DNA of 64,000 nt from Escherichia coli (GTDB lineage Bacteria > Pseudomonadota > Gammaproteobacteria > Enterobacterales > Enterobacteriaceae), in the NCBI RefSeq assembly GCF_050920415.1, contig NZ_CP169309.1. One strand, 5' to 3'. The notes under the pieces were generated by a model. It was not told the DNA's origin and ran no database searches. It was given only the letters and a program-made list of their open reading frames with translations. Position 1 is the stretch's first letter; each line of letters opens with the position of its first letter. The position numbers were made by a program, and so were the translations under genes. Of this stretch, positions 41,915-55,695 are shown piece after piece.

Positions 41915-42056
41915 CTAAATTGCCATGTTTTATCATCAATCTTGCCGCCTGATCTTAATCTGAAAAATCATCCAATACAGACAGATACCCATTACACCTC
42001 GGGTCATAACCCGCAGGATCAACCGCATGTAAATTAAAAAAGAGCGTGTTGTCCTG

Positions 42057-43130
42057 ATGAAACAAAAAGAGCTATGGATTAACCAGATCAAAGGGTTATG
42101 TATTTGTCTGGTGGTGATTTATCACTCGGTCATTACCTTTTATCCGCATCTGACCACTTTTCAGCATCCGTTATCGGAAGTCCTGAGCAAATGCTGGATC
42201 TATTTCAATCTTTACCTTGCCCCCTTTCGTATGCCGGTTTTTTTCTTTATTTCCGGCTATTTGATTCGCCGCTATATCGACAGCGTACCCTGGGGAAATT
42301 GTCTCGATAAACGGATCTGGAACATCTTCTGGGTGCTGGCGCTTTGGGGCGTAGTGCAGTGGCTGGCGATAAGTGCACTAAATCAGTGGCTGGCACCTGA
42401 GCGCAATTTAAGTAATGCCTCCAATGCCGCTTATGCCGATTCTACCGGTGAGTTCCTGCACGGGATGATCACCGCCAGCACCAGCTTGTGGTATCTGTAT
42501 GCTTTAATTGTCTATTTCGTGATATGTAAAATTTTTAACCGCCTGGCCCTGCCGTTATTTGTTCTGTTTGTACTGATGAGTGTGGCGGTTAATTTCGTAC
42601 CCACACCGTGGTGGGGAATGAACAGTGTGATCCGCAATTTGCCTTATTACAGCCTTGGCGCATGGTTTGGCGCAACATTAATGACCTGTGTTAAAGCGGT
42701 GCCGTTGCGCCGCCATCTGCTGATGGCTTCTTTGCTGGCTGTTCTGGCGGTCGGTGCCTGGTTGTTTACTATCTCGCTGCTGTTGTCGCTGGTATCGATT
42801 GTGGTGATCATGAAACTGTTTTATCAGTACGAGCAACGTTTCGGTATGCGCCCCACCAGCCTGCTGAATGTGATTGGCTCCAACACCATTGCTATCTACA
42901 CCACCCATCGCATTCTGGTTGAAATATTCAGCTTAAGCCTGATTCCACAAATGAACGCGGCACGCTGGTCGCCGCAAGTCGAACTGACGCTCCTGCTGGT
43001 TTACCCCTTTGTCAGTTTGTTGATTTGTACTGTTGCGGGCTTGCTGGTAAGAAAACTTTCACAGCGCGCATTCAGCGATCTGTTGTTCTCCCCGCCTTCT
43101 CTGCCCGCTGCCGTCAGTTACTCCCGCTAA
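42057..43130 (+). CDS. ycfT: Inner-membrane acyltransferase-family protein YcfT
   Basis: 357 aa polytopic membrane protein. Confidence 0.85.
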   Translation: MKQKELWINQIKGLCICLVVIYHSVITFYPHLTTFQHPLSEVLSKCWIYFNLYLAPFRMPVFFFISGYLIRRYIDSVPWGNCLDKRIWNIFWVLALWGVVQWLAISALNQWLAPERNLSNASNAAYADSTGEFLHGMITASTSLWYLYALIVYFVICKIFNRLALPLFVLFVLMSVAVNFVPTPWWGMNSVIRNLPYYSLGAWFGATLMTCVKAVPLRRHLLMASLLAVLAVGAWLFTISLLLSLVSIVVIMKLFYQYEQRFGMRPTSLLNVIGSNTIAIYTTHRILVEIFSLSLIPQMNAARWSPQVELTLLLVYPFVSLLICTVAGLLVRKLSQRAFSDLLFSPPSLPAAVSYSR

Positions 43131-43257
43131 GCCATCGCCCCAGCCGGGGCGATTCAATTTGCTAAACCATGTCGATTACGGATAATGAACAGCATTGCTT
43201 ATCAGAGATATGCCCCCATATGTTGAGGCATATCCTAACGAGAATCTGACAACCGTT

Positions 43258-46200
43258 ATGCCTGAACAATATCGTTATACGCTGCCCGTCAAAGCGGGTG
43301 AGCAGCGTCTGCTGGGCGAGTTAACTGGCGCTGCCTGCGCGACGCTGGTAGCGGAAATTGCCGAACGTCACGCCGGTCCGGTGGTACTTATTGCACCAGA
43401 TATGCAAAATGCTCTGCGTTTGCATGATGAAATCAGCCAGTTTACCGATCAGATGGTGATGAATCTGGCGGACTGGGAAACCCTTCCCTACGACAGTTTT
43501 TCACCTCATCAGGACATTATCTCCTCACGCCTTTCCACTCTTTACCAGCTACCGACGATGCAGCGTGGCGTACTGATTGTTCCGGTGAATACGCTTATGC
43601 AGCGCGTTTGCCCGCACAGTTTCCTCCACGGCCACGCGCTGATGATGAAAAAAGGTCAGCGGTTATCTCGTGATGCCTTGCGTACGCAACTGGACAGTGC
43701 CGGTTATCGCCATGTTGACCAGGTTATGGAGCACGGCGAATACGCCACGCGCGGCGCGTTGCTGGATCTTTTCCCGATGGGCAGCGACTTGCCTTATCGT
43801 CTTGATTTTTTTGATGATGAAATTGACAGTCTGCGGGTGTTTGACGTCGATAGCCAGCGCACGCTGGAGGAAGTAGAAGCGATCAATCTGTTGCCCGCGC
43901 ACGAATTTCCGACCGATAAAGCGGCGATTGAACTGTTCCGCAGCCAGTGGCGCGATACCTTCGAAGTGAAGCGCGACCCGGAACATATTTATCAGCAAGT
44001 GAGTAAAGGCACATTACCTGCCGGGATCGAGTACTGGCAGCCGCTATTCTTCAGCGAACCGCTGCCGCCACTGTTCAGTTATTTCCCTGCCAATACGCTG
44101 TTGGTGAATACTGGCGATCTGGAAAACAGTGCCGAACGTTTCCAGGCTGACACGCTGGCGCGTTTTGAAAATCGCGGCGTCGATCCGATGCGTCCACTGT
44201 TGCCACCACAATCGCTCTGGCTGCGGGTAGACGAGCTCTTTTCAGAGCTAAAAAACTGGCCGCGTGTGCAGCTAAAAACTGAACATTTACCGACAAAAGC
44301 AGCGAATGCCAATTTAGGTTTCCAGAAGCTGCCAGACCTGGCCGTTCAGGCACAACAAAAAGCGCCGCTGGATGCGCTGCGTAAGTTCCTCGAGTCTTTC
44401 GACGGTCCGGTGGTGTTCTCGGTAGAAAGTGAAGGTCGCCGTGAAGCGCTGGGTGAACTGCTCGCGCGAATTAAAATTGCTCCTCAACGCATTATGCGTC
44501 TTGATGAAGCCAACGACCGTGGGCGTTATCTGATGATTGGCGCTGCCGAACATGGTTTTGTCGATACGGTACGTAATCTGGCGCTGATTTGCGAAAGCGA
44601 TCTGCTCGGTGAACGCGTTGCCCGTCGTCGTCAGGATTCTCGCCGCGCCATCAACCCCGATACACTGATCCGTAACCTTGCGGAGCTGCATATTGGTCAG
44701 CCGGTGGTCCATCTGGAGCACGGCGTCGGGCGCTATGCAGGAATGACCACGCTGGAAGCCGGCGGCATTACCGGCGAGTATTTGATGCTCACCTATGCCA
44801 ACGACGCCAAACTGTATGTTCCGGTGTCGTCACTGCATCTGATTAGCCGGTACGCAGGTGGCGCGGAAGAAAATGCCCCGCTGCATAAACTTGGCGGCGA
44901 TGCGTGGTCACGCGCGCGGCAGAAAGCGGCGGAAAAAGTGCGTGATGTGGCGGCAGAATTGCTGGATATCTACGCGCAACGCGCCGCCAAAGAGGGCTTC
45001 GCGTTTAAACACGATCGTGAACAATATCAATTGTTCTGCGACAGCTTCCCGTTTGAAACCACGCCGGATCAGGCGCAAGCCATTAATGCAGTGCTTAGCG
45101 ATATGTGTCAGCCGCTGGCGATGGATCGTCTGGTGTGCGGCGATGTTGGCTTTGGTAAAACAGAAGTTGCGATGCGCGCCGCTTTCCTGGCGGTAGATAA
45201 CCACAAGCAGGTGGCGGTGCTGGTGCCTACCACCCTTCTCGCGCAGCAGCATTACGACAACTTCCGCGACCGTTTCGCCAACTGGCCGGTACGCATCGAA
45301 ATGATCTCCCGTTTCCGCAGCGCCAAAGAGCAGACGCAAATCCTTGCGGAAGTGGCGGAAGGGAAAATCGATATTCTGATCGGTACGCACAAACTGCTGC
45401 AAAATGACGTCAAGTTTAAAGATTTAGGTCTGCTGATTGTCGATGAAGAACACCGCTTCGGGGTGCGTCATAAAGAGCGCATTAAAGCGATGCGGGCGAA
45501 CGTGGATATTCTGACACTTACCGCAACGCCGATCCCACGTACGCTGAATATGGCGATGAGCGGAATGCGCGATCTGTCGATTATTGCCACGCCGCCAGCC
45601 CGTCGTCTGGCAGTTAAAACCTTTGTTCGTGAGTACGATAGTCTGGTGGTACGGGAGGCGATCCTGCGCGAAATTCTGCGCGGGGGGCAGGTTTATTATC
45701 TCTACAATGATGTGGAAAACATTCAGAAAGCCGCCGAACGAATGGCAGAACTGGTACCAGAAGCGCGGATCGCCATCGGTCACGGGCAGATGCGCGAGCG
45801 CGAACTGGAACGGGTGATGAATGATTTCCATCATCAACGTTTCAACGTGCTGGTTTGTACCACCATTATCGAAACCGGGATCGATATCCCGACTGCCAAC
45901 ACCATTATCATCGAGCGAGCGGATCACTTCGGTCTGGCGCAGCTGCATCAGTTGCGCGGTCGAGTCGGACGTTCGCATCATCAGGCATATGCATGGCTGC
46001 TGACGCCGCATCCAAAAGCGATGACCACCGATGCGCAAAAACGTCTTGAAGCGATTGCCTCGCTGGAAGATCTCGGTGCAGGTTTTGCGCTGGCAACGCA
46101 CGATCTGGAGATCCGCGGCGCAGGTGAACTGCTTGGCGAAGAACAAAGCGGCTCAATGGAAACCATCGGTTTCTCGCTGTATATGGAGTTGCTGGAAAAC

Positions 46201-46704
46201 GCCGTCGATGCGCTGAAAGCCGGACGCGAGCCATCGCTGGAAGATCTCACCAGTCAGCAAACAGAAGTCGAGCTGCGGATGCCGTCGCTATTGCCAGATG
46301 ATTTCATTCCTGACGTGAATACGCGTTTGTCGTTCTATAAACGTATTGCCAGCGCCAAAACGGAAAACGAACTGGAAGAGATCAAAGTTGAGCTTATCGA
46401 TCGCTTCGGCCTGCTGCCGGATCCGGCGCGTACCCTGCTGGATATTGCCCGTCTGCGCCAGCAAGCGCAGAAACTGGGGATCAGGAAGCTGGAAGGTAAT
46501 GAGAAAGGTGGGGTGATCGAATTTGCCGAGAAGAATCACGTTAATCCGGCCTGGTTGATTGGTTTGCTGCAAAAACAGCCACAGCATTACCGCCTTGATG
46601 GTCCGACGCGCCTGAAGTTTATTCAGGATTTGAGCGAGCGGAAAACGCGTATCGAATGGATTCGCCAGTTTATGCGTGAACTGGAAGAGAACGCGATCGC
46701 TTAA
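43258..46704 (+). CDS. mfd: Transcription-repair coupling factor Mfd
   Basis: 1148 aa from MPEQYRYTLP; helicase motifs. Confidence 0.95.
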   Translation: MPEQYRYTLPVKAGEQRLLGELTGAACATLVAEIAERHAGPVVLIAPDMQNALRLHDEISQFTDQMVMNLADWETLPYDSFSPHQDIISSRLSTLYQLPTMQRGVLIVPVNTLMQRVCPHSFLHGHALMMKKGQRLSRDALRTQLDSAGYRHVDQVMEHGEYATRGALLDLFPMGSDLPYRLDFFDDEIDSLRVFDVDSQRTLEEVEAINLLPAHEFPTDKAAIELFRSQWRDTFEVKRDPEHIYQQVSKGTLPAGIEYWQPLFFSEPLPPLFSYFPANTLLVNTGDLENSAERFQADTLARFENRGVDPMRPLLPPQSLWLRVDELFSELKNWPRVQLKTEHLPTKAANANLGFQKLPDLAVQAQQKAPLDALRKFLESFDGPVVFSVESEGRREALGELLARIKIAPQRIMRLDEANDRGRYLMIGAAEHGFVDTVRNLALICESDLLGERVARRRQDSRRAINPDTLIRNLAELHIGQPVVHLEHGVGRYAGMTTLEAGGITGEYLMLTYANDAKLYVPVSSLHLISRYAGGAEENAPLHKLGGDAWSRARQKAAEKVRDVAAELLDIYAQRAAKEGFAFKHDREQYQLFCDSFPFETTPDQAQAINAVLSDMCQPLAMDRLVCGDVGFGKTEVAMRAAFLAVDNHKQVAVLVPTTLLAQQHYDNFRDRFANWPVRIEMISRFRSAKEQTQILAEVAEGKIDILIGTHKLLQNDVKFKDLGLLIVDEEHRFGVRHKERIKAMRANVDILTLTATPIPRTLNMAMSGMRDLSIIATPPARRLAVKTFVREYDSLVVREAILREILRGGQVYYLYNDVENIQKAAERMAELVPEARIAIGHGQMRERELERVMNDFHHQRFNVLVCTTIIETGIDIPTANTIIIERADHFGLAQLHQLRGRVGRSHHQAYAWLLTPHPKAMTTDAQKRLEAIASLEDLGAGFALATHDLEIRGAGELLGEEQSGSMETIGFSLYMELLENAVDALKAGREPSLEDLTSQQTEVELRMPSLLPDDFIPDVNTRLSFYKRIASAKTENELEEIKVELIDRFGLLPDPARTLLDIARLRQQAQKLGIRKLEGNEKGGVIEFAEKNHVNPAWLIGLLQKQPQHYRLDGPTRLKFIQDLSERKTRIEWIRQFMRELEENAIA

Positions 46705-46844
46705 TGGTAAATCGGGGGCGTTTCTGCGCCCCCATATCCAACATTTACAAATTATTTGCACTTCCCTGCACTATCCGACACTGTCACCATCCATAATTCA
46801 TACTTATCTTTTTATTATAATAACCTTATATTTATTATGGATTT

Positions 46845-47810
46845 TTGGTGATGATCAAAACGCGTTTTTCTCGCTGGCTAACGTTTTTTACGTTCGCCGC
46901 TGCCGTGGCGCTGGCGCTACCGGTAAAAGCCAACACCTGGCCGCTGCCGCCAGCGGGCAGTCGTCTGGTTGGCGAAAACAAATTTCATGTGGTGGAAAAT
47001 GACGGTGGTTCTCTGGAAGCCATCGCCAAAAAATATAATGTCGGCTTTCTCGCTCTGTTACAGGCTAACCCCGGCGTTGATCCTTACGTGCCGCGCGCGG
47101 GTAGCGTGTTAACGATCCCGTTGCAAACCCTACTTCCAGATGCGCCGCGCGAAGGCATTGTGATCAATATTGCGGAACTGCGTCTCTATTACTACCCGCC
47201 GGGTAAAAATTCGGTAACCGTGTATCCCATCGGCATTGGTCAGTTGGGTGGTGACACGCTGACACCGACAATGGTGACCACCGTTTCTGACAAGCGTGCA
47301 AACCCAACCTGGACGCCAACGGCAAACATTCGCGCGCGGTATAAGGCACAGGGAATTGAGTTGCCTGCGGTAGTTCCGGCTGGACCGGATAACCCAATGG
47401 GCCATCATGCGATTCGTCTGGCGGCCTATGGCGGTGTTTATTTGCTTCACGGTACGAACGCCGATTTCGGCATTGGCATGCGGGTAAGTTCTGGCTGTAT
47501 TCGTCTGCGGGATGACGATATCAAAACACTCTTTAGCCAGGTCACCCCAGGTACCAAAGTGAATATCATCAACACCCCGATTAAAGTCTCTGCCGAACCA
47601 AACGGTGCGCGTCTGGTTGAAGTACATCAGCCACTGTCAGAGAAGATTGATGACGATCCGCAACTGTTGCCAATTACACTGAATAGCGCAATGCAATCAT
47701 TTAAAGATGCAGCGCAAACTGACGCTGAAGTGATGCAGCATGTGATGGATGTCCGTTCCGGGATGCCGGTGGATGTCCGCCGTCATCAAGTGAGCCCACA
47801 AACTTTGTAA
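46845..47810 (+). CDS. ldtC: L,D-transpeptidase LdtC (YcfS)
   Basis: Signal peptide, LysM-like and YkuD-like catalytic region (HGTN..SSGCIRL). Confidence 0.9.
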   Translation: MVMIKTRFSRWLTFFTFAAAVALALPVKANTWPLPPAGSRLVGENKFHVVENDGGSLEAIAKKYNVGFLALLQANPGVDPYVPRAGSVLTIPLQTLLPDAPREGIVINIAELRLYYYPPGKNSVTVYPIGIGQLGGDTLTPTMVTTVSDKRANPTWTPTANIRARYKAQGIELPAVVPAGPDNPMGHHAIRLAAYGGVYLLHGTNADFGIGMRVSSGCIRLRDDDIKTLFSQVTPGTKVNIINTPIKVSAEPNGARLVEVHQPLSEKIDDDPQLLPITLNSAMQSFKDAAQTDAEVMQHVMDVRSGMPVDVRRHQVSPQTL

Positions 47811-47892
47811 ATCCTGGATAAAAAAATCCCCGCGACACGGCATGTCGCGGGGAAAAAAATCAGCAGTAGCAGGCATTAATGAGGGTTAATGC

Positions 47893-48150
47893 TTATTTAT
47901 AAATTACTGCTGTTCCATGGAGGGTATTCGGACCGGTTACAGAAGTAATACGGAAAGATTTTGCGCCCATCTCATCCGCTTTTTGCGCCAGCTGCTCTTC
48001 CAGCGATCCCAGATTTGTCCCCGCGTTAGCACTGATAGTACCGACTTTTTGTTGGCCTTCTGGCGTTGACTGAACTTCGACAGCCGCAAAGCTGGCAAAT
48101 GACATTGAGCTTAAAATCGCCGCAGCGATGAGGGTTTTTACGTTTTTCAT
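47893..48150 (-). CDS. bhsA: Multiple stress resistance protein BhsA (YcfR)
   Basis: 85 aa with signal peptide. Confidence 0.9.
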   Translation of the reverse strand: MKNVKTLIAAAILSSMSFASFAAVEVQSTPEGQQKVGTISANAGTNLGSLEEQLAQKADEMGAKSFRITSVTGPNTLHGTAVIYK

Positions 48151-48390
48151 AATAGTGGCCTTATGCAGATGAATGACGTCGCAAGCAATTACTTAACGAT
48201 CGATAACTAAATGATAGATGTGATCTGGATCACATACAAGATATTTTTTATAACAATCATTAATTAATTTAAAAATCTTTAAATTTCAGTTAAATAGAAA
48301 GCAATTATTTTTATGGTTTGTGGACTGGTGAACGGAGGTGATTATTTTTATAATAACCTTTCATTCACAGTCACCAGGTACAACGGCATC

Positions 48391-49023
48391 ATGGCAACTG
48401 ACTCAACACAATGTGTAAAAAAAAGCCGTGGCCGCCCAAAAGTGTTCGACAGGGATGCCGCGCTTGATAAGGCCATGAAATTGTTCTGGCAGCACGGTTA
48501 TGAAGCGACTTCTCTTGCGGACCTCGTCGAAGCGACCGGAGCCAAAGCGCCCACGCTATACGCGGAATTTACCAACAAAGAGGGGTTATTCCGCGCCGTA
48601 CTCGACCGCTATATCGATCGTTTTGCCGCTAAGCATGAAGCACAGCTGTTTTGTGAAGAGAAAAGCGTGGAGTCTGCGCTGGCTGACTATTTTGCTGCCA
48701 TCGCCAACTGCTTTACCAGCAAAGACACCCCGGCTGGCTGCTTTATGATCAACAACTGCACCACCCTCTCCCCGGATTCCGGAGATATCGCCAATACGCT
48801 GAAATCACGCCATGCGATGCAAGAGCGCACTTTGCAGCAGTTTTTATGTCAACGACAAGCGCGCGGGGAAATCCCGACCCACTGTGATGTGACGCATCTG
48901 GCTGAATTCCTCAATTGTATTATTCAGGGGATGTCGATCAGCGCACGCGAAGGTGCATCGCTGGAAAAACTGATGCAGATTGCCCGAACGACTTTGCGTT
49001 TATGGCCCGAACTGGTGAAATAA
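48391..49023 (+). CDS. comR: TetR-family repressor ComR (YcfQ)
   Basis: 210 aa from MATDSTQCVKK. Confidence 0.85.
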   Translation: MATDSTQCVKKSRGRPKVFDRDAALDKAMKLFWQHGYEATSLADLVEATGAKAPTLYAEFTNKEGLFRAVLDRYIDRFAAKHEAQLFCEEKSVESALADYFAAIANCFTSKDTPAGCFMINNCTTLSPDSGDIANTLKSRHAMQERTLQQFLCQRQARGEIPTHCDVTHLAEFLNCIIQGMSISAREGASLEKLMQIARTTLRLWPELVK

Positions 49024-49085
49024 GGCGCAAAAAAAAGCCCCTCAGCCTGAGCGAATGGGGGGCTAAATTGCAGAATACAGCCTTG

Positions 49086-49625
49086 TTATACTTTGTTATT
49101 CAAAATCAGTTGCCCGTTGCCATCTAACGGGATCTGCGTACCCGGATCGCGGTCCATGCGGATTTTGCCCTGCTGATCGCCAATCTTATAGGTCACATCA
49201 TAACCGAGCATTTTTTCTGACTTGTCATACACCGTTTTACAACGCTGTTGCGTAGTCGTGTAAGTATCGCTTTCCTGGAGAGAGCCCTGGATCTGGTTAC
49301 CGGCATAGCCACCTCCCAGCGCCCCCACAACAGTGGCGACATCTTTACCGCGACCACCGCCAAACTGATGCCCTATCACGCCGCCAGCAACAGCGCCGAG
49401 CACCGACCCGGTAATGCGATTTTCATCCTGCACCGGTCGACGATGGGTCACTGTGACGTTGCGACACTCCTGACGCGGTGTTTTAACCGTTTCCTTGATT
49501 GGGGTTGCAGAAACAACCTGAGCGTATTGCGGGCCACGTTCAAACACGTTCAGACTGGCCACTGCCGCTACGCCCAACGCAGCTGCGACACCAATCCCCA
49601 TACCCGCCAACATTGATTTATTCAC
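49086..49625 (-). CDS. ycfJ: Glycine-zipper membrane protein YcfJ (GTG start inferred)
   Basis: 179 aa from (V)NKSMLAGMGIG. Confidence 0.8.
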   Translation of the reverse strand: MNKSMLAGMGIGVAAALGVAAVASLNVFERGPQYAQVVSATPIKETVKTPRQECRNVTVTHRRPVQDENRITGSVLGAVAGGVIGHQFGGGRGKDVATVVGALGGGYAGNQIQGSLQESDTYTTTQQRCKTVYDKSEKMLGYDVTYKIGDQQGKIRMDRDPGTQIPLDGNGQLILNNKV

Positions 49626-49807
49626 GGGAACACCTCCTTCTTTGCTGTTATGCCAATCATGCAAGTGAAGGAGAAAAGCAGCTATCAGACAGAAGATGAA
49701 AAGCGCGGGAATGGCTGGAAATACTTAGGGATTCGGAGGAGTCTGAAGGAATGCCTGATGCGACGCTTAACGCGTCTTATCAGGCCTACCGCTCGTACCA
49801 TTTGTCC

Positions 49808-49841
<34 letters not shown>

Positions 49842-49851
49842 TACAAGCCGA

Positions 49852-51156
49852 TTAATGCAACTTCAAACGTGGACGGATAACGCGGTTAATACTCCCCACC
49901 AGCATCATTAATCCGGTTTTAAAGTAACCATGCAGCGCAATCTGATGCATTCTGTATAGCGAGATGTATACAAAGCGCGCAATTCGTCCTTCAATCATCA
50001 TTGAGCCGCGCGTCAGGTTACCCATCAGGCTACCAACGGTGGAGAAATTCGACAACGATACCAGCGAACCGTGATCTTTATACTGATAATTTTTCAGCGG
50101 CTTACCGTTCATCTGCGCCAGAATGTTGTTCATTGCGCAGGTTGCCATCTGGTGTGCGGCCTGCGCACGCGGCGGAACAAAGCCCCCTTCCGGACGCGGG
50201 CATGACGCGCAGTCGCCAATAGCGTATATGTCTGGATCGCGAGTGGTTTGCAGCGTCGGTTCCACCACCAGCTGGTTGATACGGTTGGTTTCAAGACCAC
50301 CGATATCTTTCAGGAAGTCTGGCGCTTTGATCCCGGCTGCCCACACCATCAGATCAGCCTCAATATATTCACCATCTTTAGTGTGCAGGCCGCCTTCATC
50401 AGCACTGGTGACCATGGTTTGCGTCAGCACGCGAACGCCAAGTTTCGTTAACTCATTATGGGCCGCAGCAGAAATACGTGGCGGCAACGCAGGCAAAATA
50501 CGTTCGCCCGCTTCTACCAGCGTTACGTTCAGGGCTTCGTTGGTCAGACCTTTATAACCGTAGCTGTGCAGTTGCTTGACCGCGTTGTGCAATTCTGCGG
50601 AGAGTTCTACACCCGTCGCGCCGCCGCCGACAATCGCAATGTTCACTTTACCATTCGCGCCCAGGTTGGCGGAGTATTTCAGGAACAGATTCAGCATCTC
50701 CTGGTGGAAACGACGCGCCTGATGCGGGTTATCGAGGAAAATGCAGTTCTCTTTGACTCCTGGCGTATTGAAATCGTTAGAGGTGCTGCCCAACGCCATT
50801 ACCAGGGTGTCATAGGCGATTTTACGTTCCGGAACCAGCAGTTCACCTTTCTCGTCGCGCAGTTCTGCAATAGTGATTGTTTTCGCTTCACGATCAATAT
50901 CAATGACGGAACCCAGCTGGAACTGGAAACCATGATTGCGCGCATGGGCCAGATAGCTCAACGCATCGACGCCTTCATCAAGCGAGCCAGTCGCCACTTC
51001 GTGCAGCAGCGGTTTCCACAAGTGGCTGTGGTTACGATCGACCAGCGTAATTTTGGCTTTTTTCTTGCGTCCCAGCTTATGTCCCAGCTGTGTCGCCATT
51101 TCCAGCCCACCAGCACCGCCGCCGACAATCACAATTTTTTTCAATGGCGTAGTCAA
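49852..51156 (-). CDS. ndh: NADH:quinone oxidoreductase II (Ndh) (TTG start inferred)
   Basis: 434 aa from (L)[25 protein letters not shown] before TTG. Confidence 0.9.
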
Positions 51157-51420
51157 CGTGACCCCCTTAAATTTATTAACCAATTGTTAACTAATGGTTA
51201 TTAGCATAGCTCTTAATTAACAACAGGTTACAGCAATGAAAATGTTCTTCGTTATTGAGAATAACATGAATGGTGCATTGGTCATACCAAAATTGATGTT
51301 AATCAAGTTTTGTTGCTGAAAAGATAGGCTGATTTACCGGATGAGATCAAAAAATACAGCTTATTGTTTATTATTTAAACGAATTCAGGAGGGTGAGACG
51401 TATATGGAGGGCGTTTGGTA

Positions 51421-51550
<130 letters not shown>

Positions 51551-51561
51551 GACGAGGGCAT

Positions 51562-52104
51562 TTAACCGAGGGTTTTGAACGCTTTAATGCGCTGCAAATG
51601 CGGGGAGATATTCTTGAATTTGTGCGTCTGCTCTTCGTCCCAGACAATCTCGTAATAATGATGCAACTCTTCAGATGTCCGCTGGCTGTTAAGCGCTTCA
51701 TCGTTACGCGACAAAATCACCAGACAACGATCGCGATTCTTCTCGCGGAAGTTGGTCACACACTTAGTGGCAATATCGGCATACTCTTCCGGGCGATCAA
51801 TCTTGCCTTCCATGTTCTCATAAGGGAACAAATTAGGATTGAAGATCACCTGGCGGATATCGCAAAGAAAACCAATTCGCTCCGCCCAGTATCCGCCCAG
51901 ACCAACGCCGCATATCAGCGGACGCTCATCGACGTTTAGTTGCAGCATTTTGTCCACTTCTTTGAGCAGATGCTGCATATCATGTTTCGGATGCCGCGTA
52001 CTGTAGCTTATCAAGCGTACATCCGGGTCAATAAACTGCAATTGTAAGACTTTCTCGTGGTTACCCGGACTGTTAGAGTCAAAACCGTGTAAATAGATAA
52101 TCAT
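51562..52104 (-). CDS. ycfP: Esterase-family protein YcfP
   Basis: 180 aa from [10 protein letters not shown]. Confidence 0.85.
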
Positions 52105-52126
52105 CGCTTCCTCACATAAGCCAGGG

Positions 52127-53967
<1,841 letters not shown>

Positions 53968-53987
<20 letters not shown>

Positions 53988-54609
53988 CTTTACCTGACCA
54001 GATAATTTCACCCGTCTGCACCAGCATCAGCTGCATTTGTAGGGTCGGAGCGTTAACGTTGCCAGAGGCGCTGGAGTACAGCACGTAATGAGCGCCGACA
54101 TTGCGGGCAATGCCTATGGCTTTACTACGGGTACCTAAACTGTCCTGCGGCGACAAACCTAACTGTTGCTTCGCCATCGACAGCTGCTGGGCGGAAACCA
54201 GGGTAAATTTACCGTTATTAGCCAGTGCATTGCGCAGCGTTTCGGTCGCTTCTGCGGCATTCAGCGAACCGTTAGTACGGTTGTTAACACTATCAACCAG
54301 CAGGACGCTACCCGCAGTCACACCGTCAGCCCCAAGCATTTTACTGACCATCGGCTGCATTGCGCCATTCCAGTCATAATGGCGAATATGCGGTGCAGGC
54401 GGTGCGGTTTGATCTTCATGCTCAATTGGCCCTGGCTGCTGCGGGATCGTCGGCACCGAGGGCACTGTGGGGACAGGCTGTTGTGGCTCGGCTGGTTGTT
54501 CCGGCGCTGGTTTCACTTCTTCTACCGGTGCAGGTTCACGTTGCCCCACACACCCGGCGAGAAACATCGCCAGCGCGGTAATCAAGGCGTAGCGACTCAT
54601 TTTTGTCAT
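53968..54609 (-). CDS. lpoB: Penicillin-binding protein activator LpoB
   Basis: 213 aa lipoprotein with proline-rich linker. Confidence 0.9.
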
Positions 54610-54622
54610 CAAGATTCACCCC

Positions 54623-55000
54623 TTACAAATATAGATAAAGTCTGACTTTGTGCGCCCCCAGAAAATTGGCGCTGCCGTACAGCGTTACCGCCGAATGTGC
54701 GGGAATGGTAACGCTGCGTGGCCTTTCCAGAGGATGCATCTCCAGCCCTCTGGCGTCATACCAGTAAAAACGATAATGAACGGTAACGGGTTCTTGCCTT
54801 TCGTTATAAAGCGTTGAGGATGCTGAAGGTTGAATATCAGACGTCGAAAGGACGGGCTTTTCTGCACTGATGCCCGCAGCCAATAAAGATGACTCCATCA
54901 CCAGCGATTGCTCATCATTCACCGGAATTTCCGGATGTGAACGACAGCCCACCAGCACTAACAACGCCAGAGACACCAGCCCAAAGCATCCTTTTCTCAT
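54623..55000 (-). CDS. ycfL: Lipoprotein YcfL
   Basis: 125 aa with lipobox LVGC. Confidence 0.8.
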   Translation of the reverse strand: MRKGCFGLVSLALLVLVGCRSHPEIPVNDEQSLVMESSLLAAGISAEKPVLSTSDIQPSASSTLYNERQEPVTVHYRFYWYDARGLEMHPLERPRSVTIPAHSAVTLYGSANFLGAHKVRLYLYL

Positions 55001-55002
55001 CG

Positions 55003-55362
55003 TTACAGACCTTTATGCGCCAGCATTGGTCCCAGCGGACGGCCACCCAACAAGTGCATATGGATGTGATACACCTCTTGTCCGCCATGGCGATTGGTGT
55101 TCATGATCAGACGATAGCCATCTTCGGCAATACCTTCTTGCTCAGCAATTTTTGCCGCTACGGTGATCATGCGTCCCAGCGCCTGCTCGTGCTCAGCAGA
55201 CACGTCGTTCACAGTTGGAATAAGGATATTTGGAATGATCAGAATATGCGTTGGCGCTTGCGGCGAAATATCGCGAAACGCCGTTACCAGATCATCCTGG
55301 TAGACGATATCGGAGGGGATCTCACGACGAATAATTTTGCTGAATATAGTTTCTTCTGCCAC
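55003..55362 (-). CDS. hinT: Purine nucleoside phosphoramidase HinT (GTG start inferred)
   Basis: 119 aa; HIT motif HIHMHLLGG. Confidence 0.9.
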   Translation of the reverse strand: MAEETIFSKIIRREIPSDIVYQDDLVTAFRDISPQAPTHILIIPNILIPTVNDVSAEHEQALGRMITVAAKIAEQEGIAEDGYRLIMNTNRHGGQEVYHIHMHLLGGRPLGPMLAHKGL

Positions 55363-55695
55363 GACATTTTCCTTTTTCAAATAGCCATGCGTTGCGCCAT
55401 GCTACGCCGCGCCACACTGCGAGTATAGAGTATGGTCGAGTTAAACCTGCTCTTTCAACCTTAACTCACGATTTCTTAAGCAAAAAATCGTTTTGCTGCC
55501 GTATATATCGTCATTATTCCCATTTCTGCCTGCGAATTCGCTGAAAAGACATTCTCTGTTTGGTTTACACGCCAAATATGAATGCGTATATTTCTCATTT
55601 GCATTTACATGCAAAATTATTCGCACACTATATATAACCGCTCATCATCCTCCTCCTGCATGAGCCTGACGACAACATAAACCAAGAGATTTCAA

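Noticed and set aside
43663-46761. Multiple minus-strand ORFs of 100-240 aa inside mfd (e.g. 45424..46146, 44908..45402)
   Set aside because: Shadow ORFs antisense to a highly conserved, full-length mfd.
55381-55695. Possible Fur box upstream of fhuE
   Set aside because: AT-rich region has only weak matches to the Fur consensus by eye; not confident enough to give coordinates.
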